Below, piece by piece: positions 25,577 to 40,500 of a stretch of 64,000 bases of DNA. Below the pieces are notes generated by a model. It ran no database searches, was not told where the DNA came from, and worked only from the letters and a program-made list of their open reading frames with translations. The stretch's first letter is position 1. Each line of letters starts with the position of its first letter. The position numbers and the translations under genes are program-made. Origin of the DNA: Ascidiella aspersa (Eukaryota); assembly GCA_963924565.1 (NCBI GenBank), contig OZ004612.1, positions 11,098,001-11,162,000 of the forward strand, given 5' to 3'.

Positions 25577-28500
25577 CTGCACAAAAATTTACCGAGAGTT
25601 TAAACTTTAAAGCAGTGGCTCCTAATCGGAGGACAGGTTTGCCAGTCTTTTTGGGGGGGAGTGGGCGTTCGGATCCCCAGACCTCCCTTTTTGAAAGTAG
25701 AAAAAGTGATGATGTTTTTGTTTTTGTCAGGTTTTAATCACTGTCCGAAGCGGCAATGTTTGAATGTAATAGGGTCATGCGTTACGCTAATGCAAAACCA
25801 AAATCAACATTAAAACGCCGTTTTTCGTTTTGCACAAGGGTCGATGTTAAACGCATGATATTATGTACTTTTTCGCCTTTCATTATTTGTTCAGGTTGGC
25901 TGATTAGCAGGTTTGTTTTCGACAATTGACAACGCTAAGGCAAGCCTTCCCTCCTTTTTTATCGCTAAAACGTTGAGCTAGGCGCAGCTAATGTTCCTCG
26001 CTGTTTTGCTTACATAATCTTAAGACCACGTGATGTGTTACAAAACTTTACAAGAAAGGTTTACAGTCATAATAAAAAATTAAAAAATTAAGTTAACTCG
26101 TAAATTTTAAATAGTGAATAGTGAAACTTTGATTTTCACAATATCTAGCTGAAGAATTATGCCCGTGGCCCCCAAATAACCGTTCCGTGGACCCCCATAG
26201 AGGGGTCGAGGGCCACGGTTGAGAAACCTACTAATTTGGTTAAATATGGCAAATTATATGCAAAATGAATTATATAATTGATTAGGATGATAACATGAAT
26301 GTTATTTGCATTACATGTTAAATTATTTGAAAGTAACTGTATCGCAGGTAATTAAAAGAAATTGTTTATCGTCGTATGTTTGCATAGGTAAAAAAAACTG
26401 TTATCAATATCGATTCAACAAAGTGACAAAATCGGCCTATCGCTAATGTAAACCCAGTGTCAAAACTAAAGCACCAAACACAAGCGTCCTATGTCGACTT
26501 GTTACCCAGTTACCCAGTTACCTCGATTTGGGGATGGTGATCTTAATTATCTCGTCGCCGGTGGGTGGCGGTGCCGAGCCGTCGTACTCAACCGGTTTCT
26601 TCTTCCGCTGTTGCTTGGAAGACGTGGTGGACGTTACGTGTCGAGTGTCGTGGTCGTTCGAAGTTCTCTTCCTTCGCTCTGCCTTCTTCTGTTTTCTCTC
26701 TTTGCGTCTCTCGCGCCGAAGAGCCTTCTCGCTTTTCGACGAACGCACTTGGTCGGTATCTATATCGATGTCGTTTTCACCTTCGCGTCGTTTAGCGTCC
26801 GGAGTAGATCGTTGCTCTTGCTGAGTGCCCTCCATGGATGTCGCCTCCATCTTGCGTGTGTCCTCGGCAGTTTCTCTGGAACCTTCCTCAGCGTTATTAC
26901 CCACGTCTTTCGACATCTCATGAGTGGGAGACGATTTCATTTTTGGGGTTGTTTTGGGATCAGAGTAATTTTCGGTCGCTGGCCGTTCGGTGTCGTGGTT
27001 TGTGTGTTCGCTCATATCGGTGTTCGGGCTGTGACCCTTGCCATCATTTTGGATGCGTGTTGTATCTTCGTCGACTTTATTCTCGGGGATTTTACCTTCC
27101 ATAGTGTCAGTGGCTAGGTTGGAACTTTCAGCAACCCCAATGTTCTGGTTTTCGATTGAGTTGGCCGCATTCTTGTTCTGTTGAGATTCTGACTCATTTC
27201 TGAAATCAGGCGGCTGACTGCTTGTTAGCGTTTCCATTTGTTCCGGAAGTGAACTTTCTGCGGTTACAGCATCCGTCGCTGATTCTGGCGATTCAGCGGC
27301 TGGAGTTTCACTTTCTTTTAGCAAAGTCGCGTTTTCAATGTTCCGCCAAGTAGATGGCGACGTGTCCTTTTTATCACCTTCCTCTGCTAAAGATTGCAAC
27401 TTGACAGTTATGGTTCGTTTGGGGCCGATCGTTTTCCGCACATCTTTTTCACCGGCTTCCGCATTGCGAGCAGACAACTCCTCTTTTTCGGTTTCAGGTA
27501 CGACACCGCTTCTTTCTTTCTCCGGGCGTTCTTCAGTCTTTTTCGGTTCCCGTCTGCGATCGGATTTTCGCGAAGACTCGGCAAAAGCGGCAGATTCGTT
27601 GCGCCTGCTGCTTTCTTTTTTCGTGGGTCGCGCGTCTCCAGATTTTCGCTGCCTGTCGTCCGGCCGATTTTTAGAGTCGTCTCGTTTACTCCTAGAGTCC
27701 GAGCGACTTTTTCCCTCCTCTTTCTTGCCCCGTCCGTCCGAACGATTTCGGCTTTCGGCGGTTTTACTCTTGCTGTCGGATCTCTTCTTGTCTTTGTCCT
27801 TTCTGCTCTTGCTGTCAGAGCGATTGGCGCCTTTACTTTCAGCTTGGCCTTTTGAACTGGCGCTCTTGTCTGATTTCGACCTACGGGACGAACCTGATAG
27901 CAGTGTGTCACCTGCTCTCCGCGGAGCAGCAGCCTTTTCCTCCTTGCGATCTATATATTCTTCAGGAGGAGGTCGCTCGTCTCTGACGGGGGTTGCATCG
28001 CCCTCCCCTTCGACAAAGTTGTCATTCCTTTGTGAAGCGTCCCTGCCTCTTGCATCTCTTGATTCCTGGTATCTCCCGTCTCCTTTTGCGTCGCGGTCGC
28101 TCTTTCCTCTGTCCCTTCGCCTGTCATCACCGTAGCGACCATCTGGAGCTCGCTCCCTACTCCTTCCTTGATCTCTCCTCCTCGCACGATCGTCCTCGTA
28201 GCGCCTCCTGGGTGACCGCCTCGTCCGGTTGTCATGATAAAGCGCAGCTGGGTCATCGTTTTGTTGAGCCATAGCGGTGAGTCGGGCCTGGACCCCGTCG
28301 TAGTACTGCTCTTCACGGAGGATGTTGTTCTGCAGTTCGTATCGTTCGGCCGCAGGCAGTGCGCTCGGATTGACATGGCGTCCTTGTGACTCCCACAGAG
28401 GAGGTCGACCGTCTGGAGGAGGAAGGATTCGGGATCCGGTGCCTGGAGGAGATGGTGAGCGCGAGAAGCGAGGTTGGATGAAGCGGTTGTAGGGCGAGGG

Positions 28501-31500
28501 CGGCATCACGCCACGCTCGTACCAGTCGCGCTCGTAAGCTTGCCTGAAAAAGCAACGGTTATATGGTTCGCAACCTTTTTTGGCTTGCAGCACCCTACAG
28601 AAATTATAAATAGTTCGCGGCAACCTTGCTCGTATTTTTGCTGAGTGGTTAACTTTAACGTTACAATATCCGAGATTGAAACAGCACATTAACTATGCAA
28701 CAAGGTCGAAAAGAACTTATTAATTTTTTTGCACTTATATCGTACGCTTACCAATAGAGCAAAATTTGGAATCCTAAGGAATTGAAATATCTCTCGGGAC
28801 ATTTTAACTTCAAATACTTACAAAAAACGCCTCTTAACAACTAGTTTTCTAACTTTAAACTTTGAATATTATAAAAATTCACCTGTAATGTGCGTACAGG
28901 GCTTGGTCCCTTTCGAAGTCGGCCTGTTCCTTGCTGGGTAAGCCGGGTATGTAGGCGCCAGCGCCGCCGATCACCGGTATGGCGGGGTAGGCAGGGTTGG
29001 TGATTTGCGCGTGCATCTCTTGCCGGTTGTTCGGCCTCGGTGACCTTGACAGCTCTCTGGCGACGCGCCGTGGCGACCGTCGGCGTTCGCGACGCGGAGA
29101 CGGCGTGCGACTTCGCTTGCGTTTCCTGGAAAGGACAGGAGCGTTTAGAGTGGTTTGCGAAAACCAGGAGTGGCGCACAACAACATTAGGGTGGGAATAT
29201 TTACTCGGTTATCGTGGGTTCGGAATGACATTTTTCTGAGATGACGTCATAAAACAAATGGAGTTTGAACACAAGCGCTTTAAGCTGTAATTCACGCGTT
29301 AAAATAAAACTGAAATCAGGAATAAACTAATTAAAAATAGGTTTCTTTTAAAGAGGTAATTCCATCGGAGAGTATATACTTTACAAATTTAAGATTTTAG
29401 TTAGGCCTTTATTAAGTCAGTTCAAGAACCCCTGGTTTAGGCGGTTTGCTGTTCGAAGATTTAACGTGGAGATCAAATTGAATTGTAAAATATATTTATG
29501 TTGGATCGGCAAAATGTCTAACTTTTCAAAACTCCGCATGTCATTTAATCGAAAGTATCATTTCCAACGAAATATTTAGGTTTGATGCGAATAAGGAAAT
29601 TGTATCTGGTAATTTGGAGTTCGGTATTTTGACATTCGTGTATAAATTTTGAAGAACGAAAAAAAATTGGCTTTACTACAAAACGTTTGACTACAAACTC
29701 CCTGTATAAATTTACTAAACAAATCCGTAATAATCATAAAAAATCGTGAACAACAATATCAAAAATTTAGATTTCTTCAATTCCTTTTTCTCAAGAGTAA
29801 AATCTACCGTGTATAATTTTACTCGAAGAATCCGTAAAAATCATAAAAAAATTCTAAACAATAATATAAAATATAGATTTCTCGAATTCGATTTTCTCAA
29901 GTGTAAAATGTCGTTATACCTGTCTCCCGACGTCGACCTCTTTCTTCTTCTCGGGTCCTCCCTCTTCCGGCTGTTGCTCCTTCTCCTATGTCGCGAGCTC
30001 CTCTTGGCGCTGCGTTGCTCCGGAGTTGGAGACTTTCTCCTGCTCCCGCGGAGTTCCTTAGTCTTCCTCTTCTTCTTCCTGTGACGTGGTGAGGGAGAGC
30101 GAGACTCGCTTGAGTAGGAGCTGCTCGACCTGGTTGGAAAGAAGTGAGCTATTGTATTGACCTCTGCCTTGCAGACTTATAACTAGCTAATTATATTCTA
30201 AAGGGGTTCTTCTGGCAAATATGTATTCAGCGCCGACGTTTCGATTAGCTATACGGGTAATCTTCTTAAGGGCAATAAAGTTGTAACTTTACAGAAGGGT
30301 ATACAGTGAGTCAAAAGACTAAAAAAAGGTGGCAGTCAATAGACAAAAAACAAGGTTTTGTCTTTATACTAACGGTATACCCTTTTGAGTTACAACTTTG
30401 TTACCCTTAAGAAGATTAAAGCACAGAATGTTTAAACCTGTCTGAAAGGAGTTGAACTTTTTATAACAAAAATCATGTTTAACATTTAAAATTAAAAAAC
30501 AAAAGATGATTTGGATTAGTAACTTCGATTTTGTGATAATAACAAATCGGGGCTGATATCACCTCTGAAATAATCTATCGTTGTTCGTTACTTATCGCGT
30601 ACACGGCCGGGTGGCATTACTAAACCAAAAACCCAACTTATTTCAAATTTTTAATCATGCTTCGTAAATAAACGCAGCGTTTTATTACTTGTAAGGATAT
30701 TTTTGGTCTGAACCAGTAATTTTGCCATTAAAAGTAACATGTTTTTGCAATGTTAAAGTAAATCACGCCCCGGCAATAGGTCGCAATTTGTTAATGTGCA
30801 ATTCGGATCAGACGTTTGTTATTTAATATAGTGGTGTTATAACCTAGATAAAGGAATACTTTTTGTGTAGCAATGATTTCTGTATAGTTTGTATGGTAAC
30901 AAGTCTGTTTCTTTTCAATAGACTACTGTTTTCCAAAAGCTGTTTTTCATTTTTAATCTAACGGATCACAAGATTTAAGGTAAAAGCGTTGGGCCTTCAT
31001 TCATTAAGTGAAGGCCACACACCTTCCGAGAAACTAAGCATTGACAAGACAAGTTCATAACTGACTCACCAAGACGAGCCGGTGTAAGAGTCGGAGTATG
31101 AACTTGAACTTCTTGAAGAGGAGGAATAACTGGATGATGAGTAGGAGCCGGATGTGTAACTGGCCGACCTTGACCTTCATATAAGAAAGTAAACGCTATC
31201 TTGTGTCATGGTTTTTACAGGGATTAGCCTGTAGGAATCGAAACATTCATGCACGTGTGACGTTTGTGTATAAAAGTGGTTTAGTAGCATTGACCAACGA
31301 TGGCGACTCAAAACTAATCGTATTAAATGTCAGTTAACAGATTTTTTTGGTTAAAGTTACGAGAGAGGTGACACACAAGACACAACATAGTTCTAATGCC
31401 CCAAAATTGCCTTTAATTTGATCAATTTTTCTGGTGTTAAGGCATTGAAAGCCTTTGCAAAAAATACAACAATTATACAGTAAAATACTTCTTAAATGAC

Positions 31501-34500
31501 ATTTAAACACTTCCTGAAAAAGCTTTTCAGCTTTTCAAAGGCATAAAATTGGATTGGTAGACGTTTATAATTTGAAAACAAACAGTAAAAACATAATCTT
31601 ATTGTCAACACAATAACAAATAATTAAAATATTGGTTCTACTGCGGCATGTTTTAAACAAATAGCATAAACAGTGCATAAAATAAAAGACTATTCAAGAC
31701 TTTAAAAAAACAGGGTTTTTCGGGAAAAATCAATTCAAATACATTCAATGCCCAACAGATTCAAAACTATGTAGCAACCCTGTATTGGATACCAGCCGGT
31801 GGTGAGATTTAAACTCGCCAAAAAAACAATGTTATGTACGTCGTAACGTTTGATAACAAATGTTAATTCACATAACACAAAACGGGCAAAATGATAACAA
31901 TAAACATATAAAAAAATTAGTTCTGTAAAAACCATTGCGTGTCAGACAAACCTGCGCCCTCTCCTGCTGTAGCGCTTCTTGGACATTTTCTCGGCGAACT
32001 CGTCCGACATGATGTCGAGCTTGGACTTCCTCGACTTCCTTTCGAGTCGCTTCCGAGGCGATCGACTCGGCGACCTTCTACGCGGCGGAGTACGAGCTCG
32101 TCGTGGAGGGGCGCGGTTAGAAGTTGTGGTGCTGAAGAAATAGGAAAATATAAACAGTTAATTTAATTTAATGATTGATACATTTCTGCCACACTTTCCG
32201 ATCCAATGTACAGTCTTTTACAACCTTAAAAAATAAGTAATTTTACTTAATAGCCGAATTTTTTTCTTCCAGTTCAATTGATGCATTTCTGCCATGATTT
32301 GCGAATAAATACTCCTTAATTGCAAAACATAGTCTTTGTAGGTTAAAACTTTAATTAACTTAAATTGCATTACAATAGAATTGACAAAATTTGGCAATGG
32401 AATAAAAAAATGTGCTCTTTTCGCGAAATTTTGCAAGTATAGGACTCGGACATCCTACTTTTAATTAGTAACAACTCAAATAAGCTATAACTTAAAAACC
32501 AAAAATCATCCCCCAAAAATTTTTCAAGCATTACCTTGAAACTGTAGCAGTACTTGTCCTGTTGTTGAGGCTTGTGGGAAGTGGAAAGCCTAAAAATGTA
32601 TTTAGTTTTAATAAAAGCAGCCCTAATAGTAATTAACTTTATTGTTTGTAAACAGCATGAATTTGGTTCATCTTTAACAGTATTTAACTACATGTAAAAA
32701 CTTAAAATATAAAAATGTCTCTATTATGAAATAGATCGGAAAAGTCTAAAACGGTTTATATTGCACCACAATTTTAAATGTATTGTCATGTTATTATTTC
32801 AATTTTATTAAACTAGCTGCGGCAAATGGCATATGTCTAAATATACTTTAACTTCAATTGCAAATCTTAAAATTCAATAGAAATCTAAAACTATACAATA
32901 TTTATTTAAACTTGTTATCTATGGTATGGCAAAATATATTCACCTGGAGGAGGGACATTTGCAAGAGAGGGTGGGATTTGCAATCCGGAGACAGGAGGCA
33001 TTGGGAAGCCTGGAGGGGGTGGGAGCAGGTTAAAGGGAAAGGGTGGAGGAGGATGTTGGAAAAGGTTCACTCCAGATGTTGGGATCTTTAAGAAATAGAC
33101 GAACGTTAATGTACATTAAAAAACAAAAATAAAGGACACTAATAGAACATTATAAAAACAAATCAACAGTTCTTGGACACCTGATAGCATGTTGGATTTA
33201 AATGTCCACCAAAACAGTTCTATCTCTACCATCCTTTGTATAGGCTGGTGTATTAAGCGCAACAAAATTAAAGGTTTTCTATTGTTATTTCAAACAATAA
33301 AAAAGCTGAGGTTCATGCAGCATTTCTTACAGCAAAATAAGCATGTATAATTGTATAGCCTAATATCAATAATAAACCTACTAATATGTTTTTATACTAA
33401 ATTAATTTGTGTTCCTTCGTTGTGGTGAGTTCAGATGGGCCCAGGATTGCAAAAATCTCGGCATCAAAACTAGGTAATTTTCGTGTATAGGATATATTTT
33501 CACATGTTGATTTTTTTAAGTCAACTTATCTTTTGTACGTTTTTGAGATTTTTGGATATGAGTTATGTGAACACGTTACGACACCTCTAAATGAGACGTT
33601 TATAGAAAGAAATAGGATCATGCAAATCCACAATGTTTCGCAGCCAAGAGATACTGACGTCACACAGCTAAGTAATTATATATATTTTTTAAATACAGGA
33701 AACTTACATTCGGTGGTGGTATGCCAACCAAGCCAGGGGGCAATCCAGCAGGTAAACCAGGTGGGATGATCGGAGGTGGAATCGTGATGGGAGCATGAAC
33801 AGTAGGCACTGGTTTTTTGAGAGCAGGGAGCGTTATGTTCACCGGGTTTGAAGGTGGGGCTGAAGATGGGGTAGGTGCAGGGCGCACAGTGACGGGTGCC
33901 AAAGACACAGGGGCAGACGCTGGGGTTGGGGCTTCCCCCAACAGTCCAAGACCCGCAGAGTTGGGTGGGTTTACCACGGTAGGCAGTGGAAGAGCAGGCA
34001 TGACCTGTTCGCTGGATGAAATTGTCTGTGGGACTGGATTGTTTACGTTGCTGTAGGTTGGTTGAATGCTGGTGACCAGGTCCGAGTGGTTAGTTGTGTG
34101 TGGTTGTGCGTTGGGAGACGTTCCAGCTGAGATACTTGTCTCTGTGGTGAGTGTCGGCACCGGGCTTTGGGATTTAAGGGGGGCAGTGTTGGTTGTGGCC
34201 AAAGGGTGGATCCCGGAAAGAGAAACTGAGGCTGGTGCTGAGGAACCAGGTTCAGTTTTACTGTAAACACAAAATTGTATTGGAAAAACGTATTTTAATT
34301 GCCTGTGGCAGTGTGTTTGAAAAACAATTCGGGTTGTTGTGGCCTTCCTAGTTTGTTAGTGTAAAAGATTTACTATAAATCTAGTCAAGCACAAGGGTAG
34401 GTGAATTTGCCTAAGAAAGAAATGGAATCATTATTGCCTATGAGTAAGGTGCGACTCTTTGCGTTTATCTAAGAAGAAATGCAGCTCTTGGTCTCTAGGG

Positions 34501-37500
34501 GGATATATCTTGTATACGGTATAAGAACTATAGTAATTAAGGCAATCTGTGGTTATGATAAGGGAATGAACGATTCAGATGAAGGATATGAGCTTGCATT
34601 GACTGATTAGAATAAACGCAACCTAACTGGGCTGACTGCTGGATTTAAGTTGACACACAAAATATTGGATTTACTTTCTCAACTTACATCTCCATGAGGG
34701 GGCGAACCACCTTGGCAACTGGAGGGGATGTACCTGGCGGAACCGGTTCAATCCCTATTAATTTTGGCCTACAAAATAATAAAGTACATTAACTATGTAC
34801 AGAGAAAAGCTAACAAAAAGACTTGATTCTTTGTTACACTTGCTTTAATTTTAACCTAATACTTTAACTGAATTAAGGCAAATATCTTAGCAGCGCTTAA
34901 TTGTAAATCATTGGTAGGCAACCAAGCTTTCAAGCTCACCTTAGTTAATTCGTTATGTTTTGAATAAATAGGATTGATGTTAAAAAAGGCGGAATCGTGT
35001 TTAATAATTCGGAATATTAATAAATCAAGAGTAGAAGGCATATGCTCTGCTGATGGAGCACAAAACTACCATACAGAAGGTAAAAGGAAAACGAAAGGGG
35101 GTAAAACACTATTAAAAAATAGAATTACTTTTCTTCCCCAGTGTCCGGTGTTGAGTTGAAAGTGTAAGTTTCACTCTGCGGGGTTGAACTTGGGAGAGAG
35201 GGGGTTTCCTGGGGTGTGGACTGAGCCTGGGGCTGTGAGGCAACAGGGGTCACAGTTGCAGCACTAGCTGCCTCGTTTCCATTTTCACTGGGCCCCAACT
35301 TGATGCGGATGGGTTGATTAGGGTCGTGGGGTGATGAACCCCCCTCCTGTGCACGTCTTGCAACGGTGTATGGTCGGCTGTAATAAAAAATAGTTTTTAT
35401 GGGTTTAAGCATCAGTTGTACTTTTTACAATATTTTTACTAAAATAAGCGAGTTAAAACAAGGTTAAGGATCCGAAAACAAAAAAAGTTTGATAAAAATT
35501 AAATGGTGCTGGCTTTCAAACAAGAACATTTTTTAGTTTTTTAGTTCAGTTGAAATATCTTAAACACACACAGTAGGTTAATACAGCGGACAGTCGTGAA
35601 CAAAGTACATAAACGTCGTATATTTCTTAATTGGCAAGTTAAAAAATGAAGTAAAGGGATCGTCTTTACTCTTTTAATTTGTGTAACCAGAATTTCCTCT
35701 TTAATTGCATTATAATTTAATCACACTTATGGCCCTATCAGATTCAAAATACATGTGATTGTTTTACACTGCAAGTTAAAGTATGTTTATAATAATAGCA
35801 GAAAAAACTGGAAGGTGGGGCGCTAGTCCTTGATTCAAATTTGATGTTTAAAAGATGGATGTTTTCCATTTTCTGCTTAAAAAAATAATTATCATTCTTT
35901 ATGGAAATGGACTATGCTTTATTTCCAACCTGGCAATTATTTGGTCGCTTTTTGCTTTAACAACATAAGCACCAGACACTGGTCCTTTGTCATAATCCTT
36001 CTTAACTTGACCGTAGGTTACTTTTGTGGGTAACGCGGGCACAGCCTTCATCTTAGGCTTTTCGGACGGAGCCGGCCGTGGCCACACAGGTGCGTTGGAG
36101 CGTTTCTTGGCTATTCCGGTGTCGTTTTTGAACTTGTTGACAGCCTAAATGTTTAAACAATGTAAACACCATTTGGTAAATACGTTAGCAACAAGCTGGG
36201 TGTCTCTGTCATTAATGTTAAAATTAACAGTCAGTTTGCTAAAGCGCACTTTGAAGAAAGTGCTTTATGACCTATTTAATTGAGTAAGCATTCTATTACT
36301 TGCAGTCAAACGGTCAAATGTCGATGAGCTTTAACATTGTTGTTGTTCTTACGGCAGTTGGTGTTACTACCTTGTCGCGGTAGAAGTTCATATTGTTAGT
36401 TACTTGTAAGTATTTGGCGATGATGTTTAGCTTACACTGATGCTGTTTCTGTTTTAATAACATTGTTTTGTATTCTATTCGAATAAGATATGAATCCACT
36501 TGTGTAAGCCTTTAGGATCGGATCCATTAGTTTTCAATAACAACCATTGTAATACTTTTAGGATAAAATAACTTAAAGTAAATTATTTTAATCCGGGGTG
36601 AAGTTTCACATACCTGTCGCAAAAATTTGTTGGCAATAAGAGAGTCTGGTGAAATGTTCTCCTTGTGGCATGTCGGACACTGGTGAGTGTCAGAATCTAG
36701 CAGTGCATTCCTGATGCCTGAAAGAGAAATATTCACATAGGTGTAAATTTGTTAACCCAACCTTCATACAAAAAATGCATTTTACCCACAAATAAATCTC
36801 TCACTGAACCATTGAATAAAAACGCTTATATAAAACTTTAAAATCTAGCCGTCAGACTCAAAATAAAGGCACACATTCTTTGCAACACTGGGTGCTTGGG
36901 ATGTTCAATACTTGACATTTTAATCCGATACCGGATATTTTAAACAAAAAGTGTCGCAACCAGATTCAATAACAAATGACGTCATTATTATGTTCAAACA
37001 AGCAAAAAATATGAAATTAAATCGTGTAAATGTCATTTTTTGTAAGATTATTATGTCAAAAATTTGGTGTTATTAGGTTAGTTACCTCCAGTTGTTAACC
37101 TAACATTATTTACTAAATTTGTGTTTCAAGATAAAAATAGCTGGTTGGATTGCAAATCTAGCAGATATTCCTATGTTAATTTGGTATCGGATGGCACAGA
37201 TTCAATCCTAGTATCAGTCAAGTACCGATGGTACTACTTGACATTAGGTATCAGCTTCGATCCAATATTATCGGACATCCCTACTGGATACTATTCACAA
37301 GTCTTGGTAATTGTAATAAATTCTATCTGAATGCATCCGGTGTCTTATTTGTGTTATAAGTTTGAGAAACGTCAAGGCAACATTTCTTCGTAAAAAAGGA
37401 GTCATTAATACTATTAACTAGCTGGCCAAGCCACCTACAGTCATCGCAGTAGCTGTTTCCGCAGCAAGGAATGACAACAGCATCCACCAGGAGATCCTTA

Positions 37501-40500
37501 CAAAGGAGGCAGATCAGCTCGTCCGGGATCGGCTCATCTTCTTCTTCCTCTTCCACTGGCTTGATGTCCACAGGAAGAAACGGAGGCTTCTCCTTCTTGC
37601 CAACGTCGTATCCTTTCCTGAAAGCATTTGAAACTTGTTGAAAGATCAGAATGTATATTTTTGCGTATACAACCAAACCCATTTTTTTATTTAACACAGG
37701 TATTTTTGTTTCTTATGACTTTTAACTGACAACTTTTATACATAGTTGAGAGATGAAGCACAGTATTTACTGCCTTGAAAATCTAATGTATACTTTGGAG
37801 AGCAAAGTGTTAATATTTAAATTACGTAAAGTATGTTGAGTAAAAACAGAAGCCAGCAGCATTTTATATAGTTTTTAGGCCTGTTGTTTGTAATTTCAGA
37901 GTCAGCACAACGTTGCAAAAAGGAACTGGCCACATTTGTAACAATGAAACATAACTCAAAGAGCATCAATAGCCTAATAAATTATGAAACTGTCCGTTTA
38001 AATTAAGCTAACCACTTACAAAAGTTTTGTGTATGTCCACAAAAATAACATTACCTACAGACTTTCAAAATAAGGCACCTTTAAACCATAATAGAGAAAG
38101 TTAATTGTAATACCAAGAATAATGACTATGGGTGGGGTGGATAATTATGTGAATCTTATTTAATTGAGATAGTAAATTAGTTATAATTAACACACAAATG
38201 AGGTAATTAACTGGAGTACTGCAAGTTATCTATTATTAGACAATGGTCACAATCAATTGAAAAAAAAATTGGTATTTTACTGCCATTTTTAATGTAAAGA
38301 GTTAGTGGCATGACCCAATGTTAATCACGAAATTGGTATATAAATTTAAATCAAGTGAACAACAAAAATAAATACATTTTTTTCACAGAAGTCGAGTTTA
38401 CTAAGCAAAGTATGTTTTATATATATAAATTCACACAACATTGCTACATAGATTTGTTCAGTGTAACTAAAAATGCTTGTTGACTTGCTGTTCTTGCCAC
38501 ACATTAAAATAAAACATACTATTAGGCACTTAGGCAGTAATTCTGCATAGTAGGTTTTCTTAGTGTAAATGACTGCATAAGAAGGAATAGTTTCTCTTAG
38601 TACATTCCAGTTCGAAATTTCTTTAATATAGTCATATTGTATTGCATTTCAGGTTTAGTCATAATATTTTAATTCTCAAGCATGTATGGACTACAATCGA
38701 TTAGCAGCCTTAAACAAACACTGAATATTTATAACATGTTAGGATGTAGCCCAACCATCTACCATGTTAAATTAGTTTCATACACATACACTGATAAGCA
38801 CCAAAAATAGAGTAAAGTAAACAAAAATAAATTGGTAAAAAATAAATCTATGAAGTGATTAAAGTGGCTACCATGGCTTCGGTGGTTGAACAAGCCAAAA
38901 ATGTTTTGTGAACAATGCCAGCCAAAACTAACTATTGGTGTGGTAGGTTTTCTTTACTTACTTATCCATTGCTGGTACAACATATCTGCCATCAGTTGTC
39001 AACATTGCCCCCTTGGAATCCTTCTTCACTTCCACCATATGGCTCCTTGGAATGCCAGTCGCATGTCGGATCATTTTAGCTTTCTCCATTTCGGACTGTT
39101 TAAAAAAAATCATGTGGGTGAATTAATTTGACATAGCAGTTTTAGAGCAGTTGTTAAATTTCCGAGTATTGCTAAGAAGAATAGATTTCAATTACACTTA
39201 CTTTAAATTACAAGTTATGACCGACACTTATTAAATAAAACAATAACATTTTAAACCGCAGGAAGGCTGAATACTATGTTTTTACTATTTACAGTTTACA
39301 AATAGTATTTCAAATTTTTGTCAAAATTAACATCAAAAATGTCCTACTCATTGGGTAACCATAACAGGTTATGAACAACTGTATGTGAATATTACTTCGA
39401 TAGTATAAAATTGGTCTTTAATTTTCTTTAATTCAATGAATATTTGGTTTTCATCTAGTTAAGCAAGTAGTAACACAGAACAGTCTAAATAAAGTTCCAA
39501 ATAACTGCTGAAAATTAAAAAGTTGCAGCATAGCATGTAACAAATGTGCTACACATACTTTAGGTAAAGGACACTGCATTGCATAGTGCCCATGCTGATT
39601 GCAACGAAAGCATCGCACAAAGCCTGTTGCTGACTGAGCTGGTGTGGTTGTAGAAGCATTGTACTTATAGGAGCCGTATTTTGGTGGCTTGTAAAACCTA
39701 CAATGCAGAAATAAGAACTTCATCATTGACAAGTCAAAGCAGGTTAAATGTACAAATGTTTCCTATGGCTTACTGATTTTCCTTTAACAGTTCAATTGTA
39801 GGGTTAGTTTGGCAAATAACTTAGCCAGTGTTCAGGCTGGGGCATTTGGATTTCAGTCAGCATATACGCTTATAAGAGTAACAGGGTAGTTAAAAACATT
39901 TTTTCTTTAATTTCTTCAATTCTTATTTCAGTTAAAACCATAAAAGTAATTTCTTAAATAAAACCATTAATTGTTTAAAGGTAACAATGGGTGGATTTGA
40001 TTTCTACTTCTAACAACAAATCCTATAATTTACTAGAGCCAACTTTTTCAGATTTGCTATATTATTTTAACTTGATTAGGTAGGGAAAAATACAACAAAT
40101 CTAGTGGATTTCACCAACTAAAAACTTATTTCCTGTAAGGTTAGGTAATTATAATAAAAAAAAATACCACACAATTCCTACTCTGATGTAATCTTACTTG
40201 GTAAGTTATGAATAGAACCACTAACCAACACTGATAACAAGAGTAATGCTTTTGTAACTTAAATACAGGTACTTATTTATTGGTCTTCATACACACTATT
40301 TTTTGGGCAAATCACATCTAAGAAAGTGAAGAACACAGTTTGAGATAACAAAAAGTTTTTCAATTTGTTTAGGGTGCAATATTTACAGGTTATCACAATA
40401 TTTTCAGTAAATTGAATAATATTCAACAAAAAATTTAAAAGGCAACTTTGACTAACTTTGAAGGGTCATAATCATTTGTGGATTGGTGAATGGCAGCTTT

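Noticed and set aside
24511-28135. Plus-strand ORFs at 24511, 26491, 27338 and 27394, some looking hydrophobic
   Set aside because: Antisense to Lys/Arg/Glu-rich RBBP6 exons, which produces Leu/Phe/Ser-rich shadow frames.
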